Made by a program: the position numbers and the translations under genes. The notes beneath the pieces were generated by a model that was given only the letters and a program-made list of their open reading frames with translations, made no database searches and was not told the origin of the DNA. Below, one piece after another: positions 58,562 to 64,000 of a stretch of DNA of 64,000 bases (position 1 is the first letter of the stretch; each line of letters opens with the position of its first letter). This stretch comes from a virus. The stretch is from positions 20,778 to 84,777 of IMG/VR virus record IMGVR_UViG_3300036806_000149; one strand, written 5' to 3'.

Positions 58562-58830
58562 TACTCAGCGACGACCCCTTCAGCCTGAATGGGCTTGAAA
58601 CCCGTGCCGTTGCGCACGATCAGGCCGTGCTCGACACACAGCACGCAGAGATGAGTCAGCGACCGTGCTCCTACCCGGTCGCGAGCGATCGTCAGCCGAT
58701 TCTGAACGCTGCGATAGGACATGAACTTGCGCTCGGCGATGTCGCGCAGCTCGACACCACTCGCGTAGAGCGCAATCAGCTCTAGCTGGCGAGGCGTGAT
58801 TGCTTCCGCCGGATCGACGGTGATCGTCAT
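58561..58830 (-). CDS. LuxR-type HTH regulator
   Basis: ITPRQLELIALYASG...IAERKFMSYRSVQNRL...RVGA. Confidence 0.8.
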   Translation of the reverse strand: MTITVDPAEAITPRQLELIALYASGVELRDIAERKFMSYRSVQNRLTIARDRVGARSLTHLCVLCVEHGLIVRNGTGFKPIQAEGVVAE

Positions 58831-59060
58831 TGAGTTCTCCGCCGAATCATTTGGTTGCGCCGTCTCAATAGCTTCTGCCGAGCCCGATGCTCGCTGGATG
58901 TCACTGACTTGACGACGACCTCGGTTCGACAGGCTCGACAGATGATGAACGTCTCGATCTTACCATCGACTACCCGACGCTTCGGTGCAAACACCTGAAG
59001 ACTGTTGCAAGTAGGACAGTTTGTGGCTAGTGATCGTATCTCTACACTACTGATATGCAA
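58827..59060 (-). CDS. Zn-ribbon protein
   Basis: CPTC...CRAC. Confidence 0.55.
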   Translation of the reverse strand: MHISSVEIRSLATNCPTCNSLQVFAPKRRVVDGKIETFIICRACRTEVVVKSVTSSEHRARQKLLRRRNQMIRRRTQ

Positions 59061-59490
59061 GCAATGGAGTATCGATGATCTTCTCTATGAAGCCATCTAT
59101 GGTGTGACAAGACTCCGGGAACTTCTCGACCCACTTATTGCGAGCGCGAACCACTTGATCCACCGTGAAGCACGATTGGTAGATTCGGCGAACGTCTGAG
59201 TGGTTGTCGTTCTCACAGAAGCCGGCGAATTCACCCGCCTCGCCGCACGTCGGGCACAGCCACATCCCGATCTTGGTCACGATCGTCGGAGGCTCGGGCG
59301 AGGGATGGACGGCCAAAAGATTCCAGCGCACCTTGTGCGTCACCAACGGCGTCTCGATCTCGCCCCACACCATCCCGAAGTCGCTGCGGTCAATGGACTT
59401 GCAAACGCCGATCTCGCCTTGGCCGAAGCCTTCGATGATCCGATACTCGCGGCCCTCGACCAGCTCGCGCTCGTTTGCCAACCGACTCAT
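59047..59490 (-). CDS. Hypothetical protein (SH3-like N-terminus, CxxC)
   Basis: ORF track; ATGA coupling. Confidence 0.6.
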   Translation of the reverse strand: MSRLANERELVEGREYRIIEGFGQGEIGVCKSIDRSDFGMVWGEIETPLVTHKVRWNLLAVHPSPEPPTIVTKIGMWLCPTCGEAGEFAGFCENDNHSDVRRIYQSCFTVDQVVRARNKWVEKFPESCHTIDGFIEKIIDTPLLAYQ

Positions 59491-60044
59491 TGTGGACCTT
59501 CTAGGTCTACAAGAGAGACACATTCCATCTCGTGTTTCTCAAGTAGCCTGCTGGGGTCAATACTATACATAGTCATCGCGGAGCCAAAATGTGCCTTGGC
59601 CACGATCTCATTTTCATCCCACCAGGGTACGTCGTCTGGTCCAAGCTCGCGTGGACCGTCTGGAGTGAGCACCCCCAGGTGCTCATGCCATAGATGCAGT
59701 GTCGAGCCACACCGCTTGCAACGCTGGATCACCTGTTCGGCGTACTCGCAGTGCTCGCACGTCTCGAATTGCTTCTCGCCCGCGAGATGGACCATCACCG
59801 GGACCGTCCAGATAGCGGAGCGGATCGTGTCGATCACGCTCTCGACGTCGTAAGCGGCCTCGATCGCCGCGACGCTCTGCTTGATGTTGACCGGCGAGCG
59901 GATCAACGAGTCGGTTGCCAGGCGATGCCGCACAACCGCGTCTCGCAGATCTTTCGCCATCTTCGGGGTGAGCTTCTCGTAGTTGAAGAATGGCTCGAAG
60001 CTAGACATGGACCGCCTCGGGATATATGGGGGTGCTGTGGCCAA
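59487..60044 (-). CDS. Hypothetical Zn-binding protein
   Basis: CEHC and CKRC. Confidence 0.6.
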   Translation of the reverse strand: MATAPPYIPRRSMSSFEPFFNYEKLTPKMAKDLRDAVVRHRLATDSLIRSPVNIKQSVAAIEAAYDVESVIDTIRSAIWTVPVMVHLAGEKQFETCEHCEYAEQVIQRCKRCGSTLHLWHEHLGVLTPDGPRELGPDDVPWWDENEIVAKAHFGSAMTMYSIDPSRLLEKHEMECVSLVDLEGPQ

Positions 60045-60057
60045 GTCTAGGTGACGC

Positions 60058-62493
60058 TCAGGCGATTTTGCGAGTCTTCACGATCATCGGCTTGTCTTCC
60101 GGTCCCACCCAGTGCGGTGAGATCCAAATCTTTCTACAGCCGTGAGGGCAAGTCAGCTCGCCGGTCTTGACGTCGATGCGTACGCAGGATTTGACCTTGT
60201 CCGGATCGAGACCAGTGTCGTTGCAGCGCGGACAGACCAGATCTTTGGCGATCTTGCCGTTGCAGACGATGCAAGCGACGAACGAGCCCCTCGTGTAGTG
60301 GTTGTAGTGGCCGATGCGCTCGAACTGATGCGAGAAGTCACGCGGCTGACCGTTGCCGTTGGTGGCGTGGTTATAGGTCCGCCGGCTGGGCCGATCGACC
60401 CGGACCACCAGGGGGATCTTCCAGCCTCGCTTCTCCTGGCGCTTGCGGTCGCGCCGGCCCAGCTCGCGCGGAACCATCTCCACGTTGGCGGCTTCGAGCA
60501 GGTACAGCGCCCCGATCACGCGCTCGACGGCGATCCGAATGATCCGCTCGTATTCCAGGACGACGTCTGGATGCTTTTTGAGTACGTCCGAGTTGGCCAC
60601 CAGCGTCATCGCCGGCTTGGTGAAGCGCTCGGTGGCTCCCAGCACATAGGCGAACTCGTAGTTGACGACGTCCGACTTGTTGACCGCGTAGGTGCCGAGC
60701 GCGATCGCCATAAGCGAGGCGTGAGGATTGCCGTAGTAGAAGATCGGCGTGATGAACAGGACGTTCGGATCGGGATCGGAGTTGATCATCGCGCCGAGCA
60801 GTTTGACCTCCCCCTCATCGGACAGCCGACTCTCAATCGCGGGCAGGCTCTGATCGCCGGTGAAATCGATGAACAGCGGATCGAAGGCCAGCGGCGTCTC
60901 CTGGGCGAAGAGGAGCTGCTCGGTCTCAGAAAGATTCGGGAGCGCCTTGACCTGGGCCGAGTCCATCACCAGCACGTGAGCGAGATACATGGAGTGGCCG
61001 AGGTGGAGATGCAGGTAGGTGAGCTGGTCGGTGCGGTCGATGCCGAGCTGTTTGGCCGAGTGCGCCCGCTGACGAACCTGTTCCATGGTCTTGGCGAAGC
61101 CCTTGGCCGAGGCCCACACCGGCGGCGGCTTGCGCAGCAGCTCCATGAACGCGCCCTCAAAGCGCCCGAAGTCCACCATCGACTTGAAGAAGGCCATGGC
61201 CGGCGAGATCTCCTCGATCGGGATCTCGATCCCCATATCGCCGAGCAACCGATGAGCGGCCTGGAGACGACCATCGGCGGTCGCCAGATCGAGCCCTTCG
61301 AAGATCATGGGGAGCGGCAGGTCGCCGGCGCGCGTATCGCGCTGCCACTCCCACTCGCCATCCTCGCGCTCCCGGCCCCACAGCCAATGCAGATCTGACT
61401 GGAGGATGCTGTGCAAATGCTGCTCGACGCGGGCGGGCTCCATGTCGATGCTGTCGGCCACTTCCCTGGTCGTCCGCGCCCGGTCAGAGATGATGGCGTT
61501 GTGGAGCGCCATCGTCGTGAACACGCTCTGCGCGGCAGCCAGCGGACGCTTGGCCTCGGCGAGAGCGCTCTTCAGTTGCTCCGGATCTGAGCCACCGTAG
61601 GAGCGCCAGTTCTGCATCCACTCCGGATCGGTCTCCTGAGCGATGTCGAGCCGGTGAGCGATATCGCGCAGGGTGCGCTTCTGCATGTTCGGGTTGCGCG
61701 CGTCCATGATCTCGATCATCTTCATCACCTGATCGCCGGTCGAGATCGAGAGCGCCAGCATGCCCTCGCCCGAGCCCACGTGGTGGGCATACTCGCCACC
61801 GCCCTCGGGCATCGGATGCGTTCCGCCCTCCCACTCGCCGACGCGAACCAGCAGCCAGCCCATGGTGCCGGCCACGAGCAGCGCATCGCGATCGACGGGA
61901 TACTCGAAGCAGATCACGCCACGCGAGCCGGTGATGACGCGCTCGCCGCTGGGATCTTTCTCGTTCTCGACGACCTCCAGGACGATCTTGGCCTTGGGAC
62001 CGTGATCGACCAGCGTCCAGCGCGACCAGTTGTCGCGCTCGCTGAGATCCTGCGAGCGAGTGGCGATCTCCATGCCGTACTCGCTCTTCTCATCAATCTC
62101 CACGTAGCCGGCGAGCTGACGATCGAGATCGACGCCCTCGTCACCCTGGTTGGTGAGCACCGTGACCCCCGACGCGAGCGCGGGGATCGATTCGAGCAGC
62201 AACGCAGCGGCCATCTCGTTATCCATGCGGCGATCGAGAGGGTTCTCGATGACCGTGTACTGGCCCAGAGCACAGTCGTCGGCGTGCTCGACGAGCAGCG
62301 GCAGCACGATGCCCTTCTCAAAAGCGTCCAGGAAGACCTGATCTTCGGGGTCCCAGAAGGTGCCGTCAGCGGCGCGAGTGGAGATCTCGATCTTCGCCGG
62401 CTGACACGTGCATCCCTGCTCGCGAAGATGCCTCATCGCGATGCGATGGGCTTTTGAGCCAGGTTTCAACTCCATCTTGTCTTCGGGGTTCAT
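60058..62493 (-). CDS. Large hypothetical protein (811 aa)
   Basis: ORF track; C-terminal RIGH...CIVC...CPRC...WISPHWVGP. Confidence 0.75.
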   Translation of the reverse strand: MNPEDKMELKPGSKAHRIAMRHLREQGCTCQPAKIEISTRAADGTFWDPEDQVFLDAFEKGIVLPLLVEHADDCALGQYTVIENPLDRRMDNEMAAALLLESIPALASGVTVLTNQGDEGVDLDRQLAGYVEIDEKSEYGMEIATRSQDLSERDNWSRWTLVDHGPKAKIVLEVVENEKDPSGERVITGSRGVICFEYPVDRDALLVAGTMGWLLVRVGEWEGGTHPMPEGGGEYAHHVGSGEGMLALSISTGDQVMKMIEIMDARNPNMQKRTLRDIAHRLDIAQETDPEWMQNWRSYGGSDPEQLKSALAEAKRPLAAAQSVFTTMALHNAIISDRARTTREVADSIDMEPARVEQHLHSILQSDLHWLWGREREDGEWEWQRDTRAGDLPLPMIFEGLDLATADGRLQAAHRLLGDMGIEIPIEEISPAMAFFKSMVDFGRFEGAFMELLRKPPPVWASAKGFAKTMEQVRQRAHSAKQLGIDRTDQLTYLHLHLGHSMYLAHVLVMDSAQVKALPNLSETEQLLFAQETPLAFDPLFIDFTGDQSLPAIESRLSDEGEVKLLGAMINSDPDPNVLFITPIFYYGNPHASLMAIALGTYAVNKSDVVNYEFAYVLGATERFTKPAMTLVANSDVLKKHPDVVLEYERIIRIAVERVIGALYLLEAANVEMVPRELGRRDRKRQEKRGWKIPLVVRVDRPSRRTYNHATNGNGQPRDFSHQFERIGHYNHYTRGSFVACIVCNGKIAKDLVCPRCNDTGLDPDKVKSCVRIDVKTGELTCPHGCRKIWISPHWVGPEDKPMIVKTRKIA

Positions 62494-62553
62494 AACTAAT
62501 ATCTTACCATCGGTGTCAAACGGACTCGAACTTCGGGTAACAACTTCTGAGTA

Positions 62554-63030
62554 TTAGCCGAAGGTTGGTGAGTGACTTATGTGGTCGTCGCCGAGACGTT
62601 CCATCTCAGCGTCGCTGCCGCCGGCGTTCTCCGAGACGATCACGCCGCCCTCATCGTCCTGACTGATCCGGCTACCGCTGACGATCGTGGGCTGGGCCTC
62701 GGGGTCCAGCTCGGGCTCGGGCTCTTCCTCGGTCTGCGCCTTCTCGGTGAAAGGATTGCGCCGAGGGGCCGTGGTCGTCTGTTCGTCGCGAGTCATCGTG
62801 ACGGACGCGCTGTCGCCGTAGACCTCGTGGACCAGTGCCATCACGTCCTCGCGGCGAGCCTCGTTGCGCCGGTCGATCGCGGTGCGGAGATTGACAAGCT
62901 GATCGTCGTAGTCGCCTCTGAGGATCGCGTTGATGATCGCGTCGATCCGGGGCCGATGAGCTTTTCGCGACTTGGCCGGCGGCGTGGGTGTAGCAGGTTT
63001 GGTTGTAGCAGATTTCTTGCTATTCGGCAT
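62554..63030 (-). CDS. Hypothetical protein
   Basis: ORF track; GGGAG RBS. Confidence 0.65.
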   Translation of the reverse strand: MPNSKKSATTKPATPTPPAKSRKAHRPRIDAIINAILRGDYDDQLVNLRTAIDRRNEARREDVMALVHEVYGDSASVTMTRDEQTTTAPRRNPFTEKAQTEEEPEPELDPEAQPTIVSGSRISQDDEGGVIVSENAGGSDAEMERLGDDHISHSPTFG

Positions 63031-63223
63031 CTACAGACTCCCTCGGAGATGGACATTCTACTGGAGGGTCAAACTCGATCCGGACCTTCAGCTCGTGAGT
63101 ACCGTAGCCCTCGATTGCCACTGAGCGCTCCAGCGATTCGATCGTGGCTCGATCGTGAGGCACCGTCTCTGAGTGAGCCTCGACGTCGTCTATGAAGAAG
63201 CGCATCGTGATCAATCCAGACAT
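63020..63223 (-). CDS. Small hypothetical protein immediately downstream of the array
   Basis: ORF track. Confidence 0.45.
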   Translation of the reverse strand: MSGLITMRFFIDDVEAHSETVPHDRATIESLERSVAIEGYGTHELKVRIEFDPPVECPSPRESVDAE

Positions 63224-63243
63224 CGCTCAGGAACTCATGAGAA

Positions 63244-63574
63244 TTCTCGCTCAGGTCCATTGGGTAGCTCCCATAACGATGGCTCGCTCACGTAGGGCGG
63301 GTAACTCATACTTCACGGCTCGCTTCGATCATCGGGTAACTAAGACCATACGGCTCGCACATGCACGACGGATAGCACAAGGATGACGGCTCGCTGGTGG
63401 CAGGCGGGAATCTTCCGGGTTCGGGCTCGCTCTAGCTGCTTGGGTAACTCATCTGGAACGGCTCGCACAAACAACCCCGGGCACTTCGCTATTCACGACT
63501 CGCTCAGGCCGTCTCGGGTAATTTCTGCTACACGGCTCGCTCATCGAGGGCGGGTAATTCGTGTACTACGGCTT
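63244..63574 (-). ncRNA. TIGR-like tandem interspaced guide RNA array, 9 units of 35-37 nt
   Basis: Alternating repeats WGCGAGCCG and AGTTACCCG separated by unique 8-10 nt segments; plus-strand unit starts at 63244, 63281, 63317, 63352, 63388, 63424, 63460, 63497, 63534, 63570. Confidence 0.88.
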
Positions 63575-64000
63575 GGGCATCGGGATCGGAGAACCCTCGA
63601 TGTCCACGTGGCCGAGGTGCTCCTTGACGTAGGGATTGGGCGGCTCGGTCCCGTAGTGCAGCCACCAGGCGGCCTCGAAGTAGTGGGCCAGGAATCTTTT
63701 CACCGCGTACCGGCGAGCCCGCATGTCCAGCCGGCCATCGGGAAGGTGCCCGCTCAGGTAGGTGTTGCGCGTCTCCTTGTCGCGGATGTCCTTCTCCGAC
63801 AGCGTCTTGGCGGCGGCCTCGGCGTTGCCCCCGACGTACCAGTTGCCGGCGATCTCCACGGCCTTGACGTTGACGTGGTCGATCTCGTACCAGCCCTCCT
63901 GGGGGACCTGCTCGACGCGCTGCTCGCGCTGTATCTCGAAATGTTTCCGTTCCCGGTAGAGGTGGCCGTAGTAGCAGCTCTCCCGGCCCGACTGCTTGAC
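63566..64000 (-). CDS. Nop-domain RNA-guided protein (Tas/IS110-related), C-terminal 144 aa; 5' end outside the window
   Basis: Frame open to the window edge: VKQSGRESCYYGHLYRERK...GHLPDGRLDMRARRYAVKRFLAHYFE.W...EPPNPY..HLGH, a Nop/IS110-type C-terminus, abutting the array. Confidence 0.8.
   Translation of the reverse strand, partial: VKQSGRESCYYGHLYRERKHFEIQREQRVEQVPQEGWYEIDHVNVKAVEIAGNWYVGGNAEAAAKTLSEKDIRDKETRNTYLSGHLPDGRLDMRARRYAVKRFLAHYFEAAWWLHYGTEPPNPYVKEHLGHVDIEGSPIPMPKP

Noticed and set aside
63244-63574. Calling the array a CRISPR array, or a coding repeat (short ORFs 63192-63386 and 63069-63260)
   Set aside because: The repeats are only ~9 nt and alternate between two types, with 8-10 nt spacers and no cas operon. 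Periods of 35 and 37 nt break any reading frame.
63542-63602. Segment 1B (CCCTCGATG) is complementary to 63594-63602 in the Tas-like gene, suggesting self-targeting
   Set aside because: The same 9-mer also occurs at 9214, 35570 and 53340 as a common codon string, and segment 1A does not match cleanly next to it. The match of segment 2A at 63004 likewise lacks its partner.
63566-64000. Ordinary IS110 transposase or insertion sequence
   Set aside because: Only the Nop-like C-terminus is visible, and it is followed by a multi-unit dual-spacer array rather than an IS end. An IS110 cannot be fully excluded without the N-terminus.

Overview
This window is 64 kb of a GC-rich tailed-phage (siphovirus-like) genome, coded almost entirely on the minus strand. 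In transcription order (right to left) it carries: the 3' end of a Nop-domain (IS110/Tas-like) gene followed directly by a 9-unit, ~36-nt dual-repeat/dual-spacer array (a TIGR-Tas-type RNA-guided locus, 63244-64000); hypothetical early-type genes; a plus-strand Rpf-like/RlpA-like cassette; head genes; tail genes, including a -1 frameshift chaperone and a 2947-aa tape measure; an SF2 helicase and RNase H; a lower-GC plus-strand HNH-helicase cassette; a ~700-nt structured non-coding gap; a replication/recombination module (DnaB, primase, SSB, DnaE, RecA, Cas4-like nuclease, RusA); terminase and portal; a multi-enzyme lysis region; and a chain of tiny, very basic proteins. I saw no integrase, tRNA or CRISPR array. 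An actinobacterial host, possibly Thermoleophilia, is inferred. All family calls come from motifs read by eye; no searches were run.
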